From the NCBI GenBank assembly GCA_034530875.2, contig JAVRCJ020000012.1:1-64000 (forward strand): a stretch of 64,000 nucleotides of DNA. The letters run 5' to 3'. The position numbers and the translations under genes were made by a program. Numbering within the stretch: the stretch's first letter is position 1; every line of letters begins with the position of its first letter. Below, one piece after another: positions 1-12,203 of the stretch. The DNA is from Nostoc sp. DedSLP01 (GTDB taxonomy: Bacteria; Cyanobacteriota; Cyanobacteriia; Cyanobacteriales; Nostocaceae). A model generated the notes under the pieces. It was not told the origin of the DNA and ran no database searches. It saw only the letters and a program-made list of their open reading frames with translations.

Positions 1-470
1 TCGCGGTCTTGAGCAATTTGAGTCTACCTTTTTTGGCTGGAAACTCGCTCTGGGTCTACTTGTGTGTACACCGTAGCCTTGCCAAGGGGAGGGGAGGTTT
101 TGCGTCAGCAAAGCCGGGGTGGGGTGATGCTCATCAGGGTTTCAGGTTAAGTTGACATCAATGCAAAGCTTTGCGCTCCTACCGAAAATTGTGGTTCAAA
201 TAGATGAAAAACGCTGTAAAAGTGCATCAGCTTACCCTATACCCAATTGATAGACTTTCCAGCAAAAACTTTATATAATAAATGACGCAACAAGAGCATA
301 AAACCTCTTGACCCCTAAACCCCGTAGTGGTTTGGCATTGCTAAACCACTACTCCCCATTACCTATTTTGAAGCTAGTTAATAACGGCAAAATTCCCCAA
401 CCAAACATCAAAAAGGTTGCTTCCCTACTCCCCACTCCCTACTCCCTATTTTGCAGCTAGCTTTTTCAAC

Positions 471-713
471 ATGTCTAAAGAATTCCCTATTGGTAGTAAA
501 GTCCGTGTTGTAGCATTACCACCCTACGTCAAAACTGCTGAACCTATGCCCATGCTACGCCCCCCCGATGTAATTCACATCGGCGAAGAAGGTATAGTTC
601 TTGACCGTAGACCTGGTGGATATTGGGGTATTCGCTTCGCAAAAGGGGCGTTTCTCCTAGATAGTCAATACATCGAAAGCACAGATACACCTCCACAATC
701 TGACTCTGAGTGA
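471..713 (+). CDS. sipA: SipA, NblS-interacting regulatory protein (DUF3148)
   Basis: PPYVKTAEPMPMLRPPD and RRPGGYWGIRF motifs. ATG 471 preferred because the upstream in-frame part is CCCTACT STRR repeat. Confidence 0.85.
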   Translation: MSKEFPIGSKVRVVALPPYVKTAEPMPMLRPPDVIHIGEEGIVLDRRPGGYWGIRFAKGAFLLDSQYIESTDTPPQSDSE

Positions 714-1089
714 GATTAGTAGCAACCAGGAATTGTAAACTTGTTTCAAGAAGCAGGAGATAGGAGGCAGTTCTTGCAGGAAGAATCCACGTTTTAAAAC
801 GTAGGACTAAGTAGGTGGACGCGACTTGACGGCAGTTGCTACCCTGCGGGAACGCCAAGGGCGAACAAGTCGGGCATTGCCCACCCAACGCACTGCCTCC
901 TTTATGTTGCCAAACCCGTCCACCGCAGTGGCTTTGCTTTGTATCTCGCGCACTTTGGGCTGATACAATTTCTCTTTTAAACTGGGCTTTATAGCCAGAA
1001 AAGACAGTTTTAATTAATACTCTTAACCTCCTGCCTCCTGCCCTCTGCCTCCTGCCTTCTTTGGTAAAGTTGTCATTCTGGTTTGCACC

Positions 1090-1647
1090 ATGATTTCCCG
1101 CCGCACTTTTTTAAGCATATTATTTGCCAGCTGTATTTCTATTATTAGCTGGCTGAATTTTACTCCTGCTGCCGATGCTTTAGGTGGTAAACTCCCAGCA
1201 ATTAATCAACCCGCACCAGAGTTTACTTTGCCAACCAACACAGGTGATGGTAAAATCTCCCTCTCTGATTTTCGTGGCAAGTGGGTAGTTTTGTACTTTT
1301 ATCCCAAAGACTTCACCTCTGGTTGTACTATAGAAGCTCGTCGCTTTCAGCAAGATTTACCGCAATATATAGAGAAAAACACCCAAATTCTGGGTGTAAG
1401 TGCTGATGACATTGACTCCCACGCTAAATTTTGTGATTCAGAAGGATTGAAATTTCCTTTGTTGGCTGACACTGATGGTTCGGTGAGTAAAGCTTACGGT
1501 TCGTGGGTGAGTTTCTTATCTATGCGCCACAGCTTTATCATCGATCCTCAAGGCATCTTGCGCGAGACTTTTGTCAAAGTCAACCCAACTATTCACAGTT
1601 CAGAAGTACTAGCACGATTAGAAAAATTGCAATCGGCAGCTTCTTAA
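1090..1647 (+). CDS. bcp: Peroxiredoxin, BCP/PrxQ family, with Tat-like signal
   Basis: YFYPKDFTSGCTIEA peroxidatic motif; N-terminal SRRTFL. Confidence 0.92.
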   Translation: MISRRTFLSILFASCISIISWLNFTPAADALGGKLPAINQPAPEFTLPTNTGDGKISLSDFRGKWVVLYFYPKDFTSGCTIEARRFQQDLPQYIEKNTQILGVSADDIDSHAKFCDSEGLKFPLLADTDGSVSKAYGSWVSFLSMRHSFIIDPQGILRETFVKVNPTIHSSEVLARLEKLQSAAS

Positions 1648-1664
1648 ATGATTACTGTAATTGG

Positions 1665-1691
1665 CATCCCACGCCTTAAACGGCGTGGGAT
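1665..1691. terminator. Hairpin between convergent genes, probable bidirectional terminator
   Basis: ATCCCACGCC-N6-GGCGTGGGAT inverted repeat between the bcp and modA stop codons. Confidence 0.6.
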
Positions 1692-1699
1692 TCTTGGGC

Positions 1700-2491
1700 T
1701 TAACGGACAATAAACCCATATTTTTTGAGTATATCTTTAGCTTGAGGCCCGGATAAAAACTGCACGAACTCCTTGGCCGCAGAAGGATTTTTACTGCTTT
1801 TGAGAACAGCCAACGGATAGACTATCGGTGAGTGATACTTTTCATCAGCAGTGACTACAACTTTTACCTTTTTGGAGATTTTGGCATCAGTAGCATAAAC
1901 TAGACCGGCTTGGGCATTACCAGTTTCTACTGCTGCTAAGACTTGGCGCACATTATTAGCAAAAACTAATTTGGATTTGAGGCGATCGTAAAGTTTCAAT
2001 TTCTTTAAGACTTGCTCTGCATATTGCCCTGCGGGTACGCTTCTGGGTTCTCCGATCGCAATTTTCTTAATTTTCTCATCTGTTAAATTATAGAAGCTAG
2101 TAACACCCACAACATCCTGAGCCACTACCAAAACCAGACGGTTATTTGCTAAATTGGCACGAGTACCTGGCAAAAGGAGTCCTTTTTGTTCTAAGGCATC
2201 CACTTGTTTTTTACCAGCCGAAATAAAAATATCTGCTGGTGCACCTTGCTCAATCTGTTGTTGCAAAGCACCAGAAGCCCCAAAATTATAAGTAATATTC
2301 ACATTTGATTTACTTTGTTGGTATAGAGGCTTAATTTCTTCCAGTGCATCTTTTAAGCTAGCGGCAGCTGAAACAAGTATGTTGTTTGACTGGGCAACTG
2401 CGGGAGAAGGAGTAACTAACCGTAAACCAATTGCTAGCAATAAACCAGCAAATGCTATACCCAAAAAGCCAAGAATTTGTCTTCTTTTCAT
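1700..2491 (-). CDS. modA: Molybdate ABC transporter substrate-binding protein
   Basis: SAAASL, FGASGALQQQIEQGAPADIFISA, VPAGQYA and VYATDA motifs. Confidence 0.95.
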   Translation of the reverse strand: MKRRQILGFLGIAFAGLLLAIGLRLVTPSPAVAQSNNILVSAAASLKDALEEIKPLYQQSKSNVNITYNFGASGALQQQIEQGAPADIFISAGKKQVDALEQKGLLLPGTRANLANNRLVLVVAQDVVGVTSFYNLTDEKIKKIAIGEPRSVPAGQYAEQVLKKLKLYDRLKSKLVFANNVRQVLAAVETGNAQAGLVYATDAKISKKVKVVVTADEKYHSPIVYPLAVLKSSKNPSAAKEFVQFLSGPQAKDILKKYGFIVR

Positions 2492-2792
2492 GTAAAAAGC
2501 GCTTAAGAGGTTTTTTTCATCAAATTGATGCTAGGTAGAATCCTACCAAAAATACCAATAATTCACCAACTATATAGGTAAAATAGCGCTTATATACCAA
2601 AACGGATACGACACAGAGTCTTTGTTAATCCCTCAGAACTTACCTCAAGATTGATATTTTGAAGTTACAAACAATACAGTAGCCTGTTCCAAATGGGTGC
2701 AAAGCAAAAAGGGCAAGAGGTAAAGGAGGTATCCCTCCTTTTCGGTTTAACCTTTCCTCTTTCCCTTTCTTGCAAACAAGCTACAAAAAAAT

Positions 2793-3059
2793 TTATCCGA
2801 ATACTAAATCTGGTTCTTCACAGAAGTTAAATAAGGCTGATTCGCTTTCTGAGTCATCTTCAAATACAGCAGAGATATACCATTCACAAGGTGAATCATT
2901 AGTATATTCTGCCCAAGCAATTGTTACTGCTTCCCCGATGGGAATACCTTCGTCAGAAAGGGTAAATTGAGACCATTGGTCGTCATCAGGAGATGCCCAC
3001 AACTCTGTAATTGCTAAGTCGGTATTGTTAGTGACGGTAAACGTGAACTGATCTGACAT
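2793..3059 (-). CDS. Hypothetical small acidic beta-rich protein
   Basis: ORF starting MSDQFTFTVTNNT, with a GAAAAAAGG purine tract upstream and two Cys. Confidence 0.6.
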   Translation of the reverse strand: MSDQFTFTVTNNTDLAITELWASPDDDQWSQFTLSDEGIPIGEAVTIAWAEYTNDSPCEWYISAVFEDDSESESALFNFCEEPDLVFG

Positions 3060-3340
3060 GTATGTTCTGCCTTTTTTCAAGTAGATTGCATCCTGAGATT
3101 ATCCAATTACTAATTGTGAGGTGGGCGTCTTGATGCCTGCAATAAAGGGCAGGTAATACCAATCCAAAATTCATGCATTAAGAAAACTAGATATCACAAG
3201 GGTTTGAGCTTATGTATAGGGAGCATTCTTTTTTCAAATTGGTATAAGATACTTACTCCACAAGATTGGACAATTTATCCCCAGGAGTCTTTAATGCTTC
3301 TTTTTCCAGTTTGGGATTAGAAGATAATGACTGTTCTAAA

Positions 3341-3727
3341 TTATTCAAACTTAAGCTGACCGTCAATATTGGCAATATGCTCGTCAAGATTGATGTATGT
3401 TCCTAAATATGTTTCTTGGTCTGCTCTTTCACACTCAGCACGGAGTCTGTTTGTACCAGCTAGGCCAATATTGTCGCAAGTGAGAGCAAATTTATTTCCA
3501 TCCCAACTTAAAGTTCCGTCCAAATTGGCGATGTATGGATTTAAGTCAATAGAACTTGCAGAAATAGTATATCCATCGGCTTTTTCGCAACTAGCAGTTA
3601 GGGTTGAACCCTCAACACTAATATCATTACAGGTTTGAGAAAATTCACCAGTTGCCCAAGCGTTAGCGATCGCTATATTAAAGCTCATCAAGATGGCACA
3701 CAAAAAAGCCACGCAAATTTTCAGCAT
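3341..3727 (-). CDS. CVNH (cyanovirin-N/microvirin-like) secreted lectin
   Basis: Signal peptide; FSQTC, IDLNPYIANLDGTL and INLDEHIANIDGQLKFE tandem CVNH half-repeats. Confidence 0.88.
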   Translation of the reverse strand: MLKICVAFLCAILMSFNIAIANAWATGEFSQTCNDISVEGSTLTASCEKADGYTISASSIDLNPYIANLDGTLSWDGNKFALTCDNIGLAGTNRLRAECERADQETYLGTYINLDEHIANIDGQLKFE

Positions 3728-3970
3728 TAGTTATTTCTCCTCAAAATTGATGAAACTAACCAAGCGCAGATTTTATACTCTATTATTTTTTCAGCTCCGA
3801 AAAAATAATAGTTTTTTAATGATGGCTGATTTTAGGCTTTAGTTCGCTTTTACGGATATTTAAAGCGCTATAGCCCCCTACTGTTAACTTTGCCAAGCCC
3901 AACAATAGATGTGCTAATTATAACGTTTTGTAAATTCAAAACACTGACTATCTGATTTGTTCAAAAAATT

Positions 3971-4019
3971 TGTAGTATCCCCTTGACACCATGTAATTTA
4001 TGTATTACAAATGTAATAT
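3971..4019 (+). promoter_or_regulatory. Sigma70-type promoter overlapped by TGTA(G/A/T)TA direct repeats, candidate repressor operator
   Basis: TTGACA at 3983-3988; TGTAGTAT (3971), TGTAATTT (3992), TGTATTAC (4001), TGTAATAT (4012). The same motif recurs at 12179 and 12189. Confidence 0.55.
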
Positions 4020-4030
4020 GAAAACAAAAG

Positions 4031-4080
4031 CCTCTTCAAGAGGTCAAACCAAAACATCTCAGAACCTAGAAAACTGAATA
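4031..4080 (+). promoter_or_regulatory. rrn-like boxB hairpin plus boxA antitermination signal
   Basis: CCTCT-TCA-AGAGG hairpin, then GAACCTAGAAAACTGAATA, close to the recalled cyanobacterial rrn boxA GAACCTTGAAAACTGCATA. Confidence 0.5.
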
Positions 4081-4097
4081 ACTAGTTAGGACTTTTT

Positions 4098-4178
4098 GGG
4101 GTCGCGATTGGCGTTCGCCTACTCCGAAACCAACAAACGGACGGTTGTAGGATTCGGGTTCAATTCCCGACGACTCCA
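4098..4178 (+). ncRNA. Mini tmRNA-like tRNA(Ala) domain with no mRNA-like domain
   Basis: GGGGTCG/CGACTCC+A acceptor with G3:U70 and A73; unpaired D-loop-like segment; CCTAC/GTAGG helix; TCGGG-TTCAATT-CCCGA T arm. Confidence 0.6.
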
Positions 4179-4182
4179 TTTC

Positions 4183-4285
4183 CAATACGGTTCGGTTAAA
4201 GGGGAAAGGGTAAGGGGAAAAGGGTAATTTCAAACCTTTTCCCAGCCCAAATCAGAGATGAAAAATGCTTATCGGAACCGTATTG
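4183..4285. mobile_element. MITE (Nezha-like) with terminal inverted repeats and 10-bp target duplication
   Basis: CAATACGGTTCGGTTAA...TTATCGGAACCGTATTG ends, flanked by ACTCCATTTC and ACTCCACTTC. Confidence 0.7.
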
Positions 4286-4354
4286 ACTCCACTTCCAGCA
4301 GAATTCAGAAGTAAAACAAGTTTACTAATTTTGAATTTTGAATTGATATAACTT

Positions 4355-4563
<209 letters not shown>

Positions 4564-4606
4564 CTAAATAATTCGTAATGGGCTGCGCCCCGCTACGCTA
4601 ACGTAA

Positions 4607-4834
<228 letters not shown>

Positions 4835-4847
4835 AACGTTTATTTAT

Positions 4848-5028
4848 CCGTGCCCTGACAGAAGAAGCATACATACACATTTATAACGGCCCTAAGGTAG
4901 TAAAATTCGAGCGATCGAACTAGCGACAGTATGATTTCTAAATCTCTCGCAGATTTAGCATACGTGCCCACTGCCAATAATTGGTAAGAGCGACCGTAAG
5001 CTGTAAAAAACTTCTTAAACTTGTACGG
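4848..5028 (+). ncRNA. Scaffold RNA unit B carrying a permuted 23S rRNA H68-H71 mimic
   Basis: Scaffold arms present. TATAACGGCCCTAAGGTAGTAAAATTC at 4882-4908; TGCCCACTGCC...GGTAAGAGCGACCGTAA near the 3' end. Confidence 0.65.
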
Positions 5029-5043
5029 TTTAATTCAAGAATT

Positions 5044-5187
5044 AATTCCGCGCCCTAACTTGTAAAGCATACACACTACTATCCGGAAACGGAATACAGG
5101 TTCGACTCCTGTTGCTCCCGTTAATGGGAGCATAGCCAAAATGGTAAAGGCAAATGTGAAAACTGCTTTGCTAACTTGTGCGGAATT
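5044..5187 (+). ncRNA. Scaffold RNA unit C: circularly permuted tRNA (YrlA-like architecture)
   Basis: Order is variable arm (TCCG-GAAA-CGGA), T arm (ACAGG-TTCGACT-CCTGT), loop-closed acceptor (TGCTCCC-GTTAAT-GGGAGCA), D arm (GCC-AAAATGGTAAA-GGC). Terminal stem AATTCCGCGC/GTGCGGAATT. Confidence 0.75.
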
Positions 5188-5315
5188 CCAATTATTTAAA
5201 TTGTATTTATCTATTAACCCTGACTCAATTATCAATACGGAGGTGAGTTCAATGATGTTCGCAAATTTATGTTTAAGCAAAAATCAATCTTTAAAACTAT
5301 ATTTAAACAACTTGA

Positions 5316-6086
<771 letters not shown>

Positions 6087-6091
6087 AATTT

Positions 6092-6221
<130 letters not shown>

Positions 6222-6402
6222 TTAAAAATAAGAATTCAGAATTCAGAATTCAGGAGTCAGAATTCAGTAATAAAAAAGCTTTATATCTACAGGATTGAGG
6301 TTGTTTGTTTGATGTTACTTCAAATCTGCGGTAGTTACAAAGCTGTTTTTTGGAAATAAAAACAAAACTAATTATTGCTATTTGGTATGGGTAGAGGCTG
6401 CT

Positions 6403-6783
<381 letters not shown>

Positions 6784-6784
6784 T

Positions 6785-6900
6785 GGTGATTAGGGACTAG
6801 GGACTGGTGACTGGGGAATAATTTGATTAAAAATACTATTTCCCAATACCCAATCCACAGTCCCCAATTCCCACTTCCCAGTCGCCAATCCCCAACCACT
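6785..6900. repeat. STRR heptamer tracts in inverted arrangement
   Basis: GGGACT(A/G) repeats followed by CCCAAT(A/C)C repeats; similar tracts at 7020-7085, 36740-36880 and 40200-40330. Confidence 0.7.
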
Positions 6901-6908
6901 TGGCAGTT

Positions 6909-8535
<1,627 letters not shown>

Positions 8536-8674
8536 AATACTTAACTTATCCCACTCCTAAAAGGGATTTAGCTTGCGAATGGAGGGTGAGATCCCTCGTT
8601 TACATACAAAATGGTTTGTAGAGACGTTGCAATGCAACGTCTCTACTTCTATTCATTGAAGTAGTTGAAAGAGA

Positions 8675-9058
8675 TTAGTTTATGCAAATAAGGTACATCC
8701 TTACGGTTTTGACTACATTAGTTGTGTTTTTATACCGTATTGTCCATTGCTTATCACTACTAGGGTAACTAGCTATCAGAGTAATTCCATCAATTTGTGA
8801 TGATATGTTAAAAGGTGGAATCAATCCACCGTTGATAACGAAACCACTAGGACAGTTGTACTTATAAATGTAAGTTCCTCCTGGAGCACCACCGAGGGAT
8901 CCTACATCAGGAAAGCTATAGTACTTTATATCTGCTGTACCTGTATTCCCTCCTGTATAAAGTGTTATGGCAGATGCACCCGAAGCAAGTAAAATATTGG
9001 ACGCTAATACACCAAAGAAGGTGGTTGCTATAGATAATAGATTAAATTTCATTTTCAA
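8675..9058 (-). CDS. Hypothetical secreted protein
   Basis: Signal peptide ending ASA; CPSG...GG motif and a C-terminal Cys. Confidence 0.6.
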   Translation of the reverse strand: MKMKFNLLSIATTFFGVLASNILLASGASAITLYTGGNTGTADIKYYSFPDVGSLGGAPGGTYIYKYNCPSGFVINGGLIPPFNISSQIDGITLIASYPSSDKQWTIRYKNTTNVVKTVRMYLICIN

Positions 9059-9669
9059 TTCCTCAGCTTAATTTTCAAGAGATGCTGTATAGCAATCCTA
9101 TTTTTAGTTGTGAAAAATATCAGTCGTGGCTGTTAACTGTTAACAGTCTGGGCAGCAAAATTTCATAAATGATTTAAGACTGCTATATAATATCTGTTTA
9201 ATACAAATAATTATTTCATAAACTACTATTAAAATTTACTTCATGAAAATAAAATAAAATAAAACAACACGCATATACATATTAATAAGAACGAATTTAG
9301 TCAATGTTATTAAGTATTACTATCAAAAATTAAATATTATTTGATTTATTATTATTTTCTAAATGCTTCAGTAAATATTTAAGTAGTGGCGTGACAAGCC
9401 TAAAATGTTGCATTAGATTTTGTAGGTTGGGGAACCATTGCGTTGGACGGGTTTCCCAGCTTAAAGCAAGTGGCGTTTGAGGAACGCAACCCAACCTACG
9501 CTATTGCACTATTTTAGCTATGTCAGTCCACTACGATTTAAGGTTTACTTTATAAATAAACTCTTAGACTTTGGACTCTTGACAACCCTAGCCTTGATTT
9601 AGCGTGCCAGTTCTGTAAGTTCTAATAGTGATACATTCTGTAATGTTCATTCTTGGGAAACAGTGACTG

Positions 9670-10386
9670 ATGTATGTAGTAATTGGTGGAGCCGGAATGA
9701 TGGGGCTGGGGTTAGCTCAGCAGTTATTGCAACTGGGTCATACAGTTGCAATTATTGATTTAGACCCGCTAGCCTGTCGCTTTGCGCGCGAAAAAATTGG
9801 GGTAATGGCATTTGAGGGAAGTGCAGTCAGCACTACGGTACTTCTGGAAGCGGGAATCAAACAAGCAAATGCGGTCGTTGCTGCACTCAGAGATGATGCG
9901 TTGAATTTAGCGCTGATTGTGTTGTCCAAGAGCTATGGGATTTCCCATATTGTCGTGCGGATGCGCGATCGCGAATTTATGGAAGCCTATCGTCTTGCTG
10001 GAGCGAGTCACATTATCAGCACGATTGATTTGGCAATTGCAACTATGGCGAATGCCATTGAATACCCGGAAGTTGAGTCGATGATGCACTTTGAGCAAGG
10101 GCAAGTCGAGGTGCTGAAGTTGCCCGTTCCAGCCGATTGCTATGTCGCAGGTCGCACCGTTGCCCAAATTGCTCAAGATCCGCGCTTTCCTACAGGTTCG
10201 CTGATTATTGGCTACCAGTGTCATGCCTGCGCGAATCTAGAGATTCCCAACGGCAATACTGTTCTGGAAGCAAACTCGACTATCCTGGTCGTCACTCGCC
10301 CCGAACTAGTCCATACTATGATTGATTACCTTGGCATTCACGCTAGTCATCTTCCAACGATAGAAGTCTCTCATCCAAATCTTTGA
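9670..10386 (+). CDS. trkA: TrkA/RCK-domain protein
   Basis: VVIGGAGMMG Rossmann motif; TrkA-N and TrkA-C domains. Confidence 0.88.
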   Translation: MYVVIGGAGMMGLGLAQQLLQLGHTVAIIDLDPLACRFAREKIGVMAFEGSAVSTTVLLEAGIKQANAVVAALRDDALNLALIVLSKSYGISHIVVRMRDREFMEAYRLAGASHIISTIDLAIATMANAIEYPEVESMMHFEQGQVEVLKLPVPADCYVAGRTVAQIAQDPRFPTGSLIIGYQCHACANLEIPNGNTVLEANSTILVVTRPELVHTMIDYLGIHASHLPTIEVSHPNL

Positions 10387-11974
10387 TGTAGGGCTGCACC
10401 AAATCTTCTGGAACAATTCGTTTGCGGAGGGCATCGCTAACGGCAACCTTTTCCGCTAGAAGCAATCGCCGTCGAATTCTATCTAGTCCGCTGCGATCGC
10501 CCGCTAGTTTACCTGCCCGATATTGATTGTAGAGATCCCGCAGTACCCGTTCCGACTGTGCTACCCGCGCCTGATAGGATGCCCATAGCTCCTCATACAC
10601 TGCTTTCGGCAATACGCCCGATTTTAGCAAACTATCTAACTCATCCTGAGCAGCTTTAGCAGCAATTAATTGAATCTGCAACTGCCCAGTTTCCTGGATA
10701 GTTTCTGAAATACGGCTGATGTTGAGCCGTTTGATTAACCAGGGTAAGGCTAATCCCTGTACTACCAGGGAAAATAAAACGGAACCGAACACCAGCTCGA
10801 TCAACAGTTCCCGTCCTGTTAGGGATAAAGGAATAGCAACTGCTAACGCCATCGAGAGAGAACCTTTAATATTGCCTAAAACCAAAACGTGTTGCCAGGG
10901 TAGAGGAATGGGGCGATCGAACCAGCGCAGTCCTGCTAATAACGAATAGACTGAGATAATCCGTCCCAGTTGATAGGCTAAAATGACGAACAAAATGGAG
11001 GGTAAAATTCTCCACAGCGTCACAGGGTTAATTTCAATCCCAATTAGCAGGAAAATAAATGTATTGACGCTAAAACCAGCGTATTCCCAGAAACTCAACA
11101 AGGTAATTCGATCCGAGGCAGACGAACTGCGAGGAAGCCCAAGATTGCCAAAAATAAGTCCGGCGATGACCACAGCCACCGCACCCGATACACCCAAAAA
11201 TTGCCCAATTTGAAAGGTTCCTAATGCTAGAGCGACGGTTAGCAAAAGGCTACTCAACGGATCGTTTAAGCGAACCAATATCGGCAAGCTTAAGTAGCCT
11301 AAGATTGCTCCCACAAGTCCCCCGCCTAAGGCAACTACAAGCAGTTCCTTGATACCTTGTGCAGCAGTGAGAGAGCCTGTAGCATAAATGGCTAAAACCA
11401 AATTGAATGATATTAGAGCAGCCGCATCGTTAAACAGCGTTTCTCCTTCAACAATAGTGGTCAATCGAGAAGGCACGCGGATCTCTTTAAAAACTGCAAT
11501 CATCGACACAGTATCCGTGTTTGCTAGAATGACTCCAATCAGTACAGCAGGAATCCAGTCTAGTCCCAGCCCAAATTTAATCGAAACCGCGATAATTGCC
11601 GAAGAAAAAATAGAGCCGGGACCTGCTAAAAGGGCGATCGCTTTAAAAGTGCTGCGAAGACGGCTGATATCAGTATTGATAGATGCCTCAAAAATCAGAA
11701 TCGGCAGAAAAAGGTTTAATACTAAGGACGGATCTAACCCAATGCGATGCGACCAAAGTTCTGTAATGGGTAACCCTGCCAGCACTAAGCCTGTTACATA
11801 AGGAATTCGTAGTCGCTGAGTTATCAATGCAACAGCAGTTGCAATCAGTAGCAAAATAATCAAAATGATGACCAGTTCTGGAATGCTTCCTGCCGTTTGG
11901 CTAGCTACAGCAGAATTGCTGTCCAAAGGAGTTTGTTGCGCTACTATCCATCCCATTGCCGATCCTCCTTCCAT
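10343..11974 (-). CDS. CPA1 family Na+/H+ antiporter (NhaP-like)
   Basis: LFLPILIFEA, NTDTVS, VEGETLFNDA motifs; many transmembrane helices. Confidence 0.9.
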   Translation of the reverse strand: MEGGSAMGWIVAQQTPLDSNSAVASQTAGSIPELVIILIILLLIATAVALITQRLRIPYVTGLVLAGLPITELWSHRIGLDPSLVLNLFLPILIFEASINTDISRLRSTFKAIALLAGPGSIFSSAIIAVSIKFGLGLDWIPAVLIGVILANTDTVSMIAVFKEIRVPSRLTTIVEGETLFNDAAALISFNLVLAIYATGSLTAAQGIKELLVVALGGGLVGAILGYLSLPILVRLNDPLSSLLLTVALALGTFQIGQFLGVSGAVAVVIAGLIFGNLGLPRSSSASDRITLLSFWEYAGFSVNTFIFLLIGIEINPVTLWRILPSILFVILAYQLGRIISVYSLLAGLRWFDRPIPLPWQHVLVLGNIKGSLSMALAVAIPLSLTGRELLIELVFGSVLFSLVVQGLALPWLIKRLNISRISETIQETGQLQIQLIAAKAAQDELDSLLKSGVLPKAVYEELWASYQARVAQSERVLRDLYNQYRAGKLAGDRSGLDRIRRRLLLAEKVAVSDALRKRIVPEDLVQPYIKDLDERLLSLEDD

Positions 11975-12203
11975 AAAGTGCTTTCCTCAAAGAGAAGTTG
12001 AAGAATTGACTACTGTTTGAGTTTACAGGAGGGCATACCCTGGTGGATGCAGTGTAATTGGATGAATGTTAATGAAGCTAAAACACGATGTTGGGCTTTG
12101 TTGAGCGATTATCGCGCATCTCGGCTCAATACCTGCATTCGAGATTGCGAAATCTCTGTTTTCATCTGTTGCAATTTTTGTAGTATATTGTATTATATGA
12201 ATA

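Noticed and set aside
2565..2612. ModE-type box upstream of modA
   Set aside because: TATATA half-sites are present, but spacing and symmetry are unconvincing by eye.
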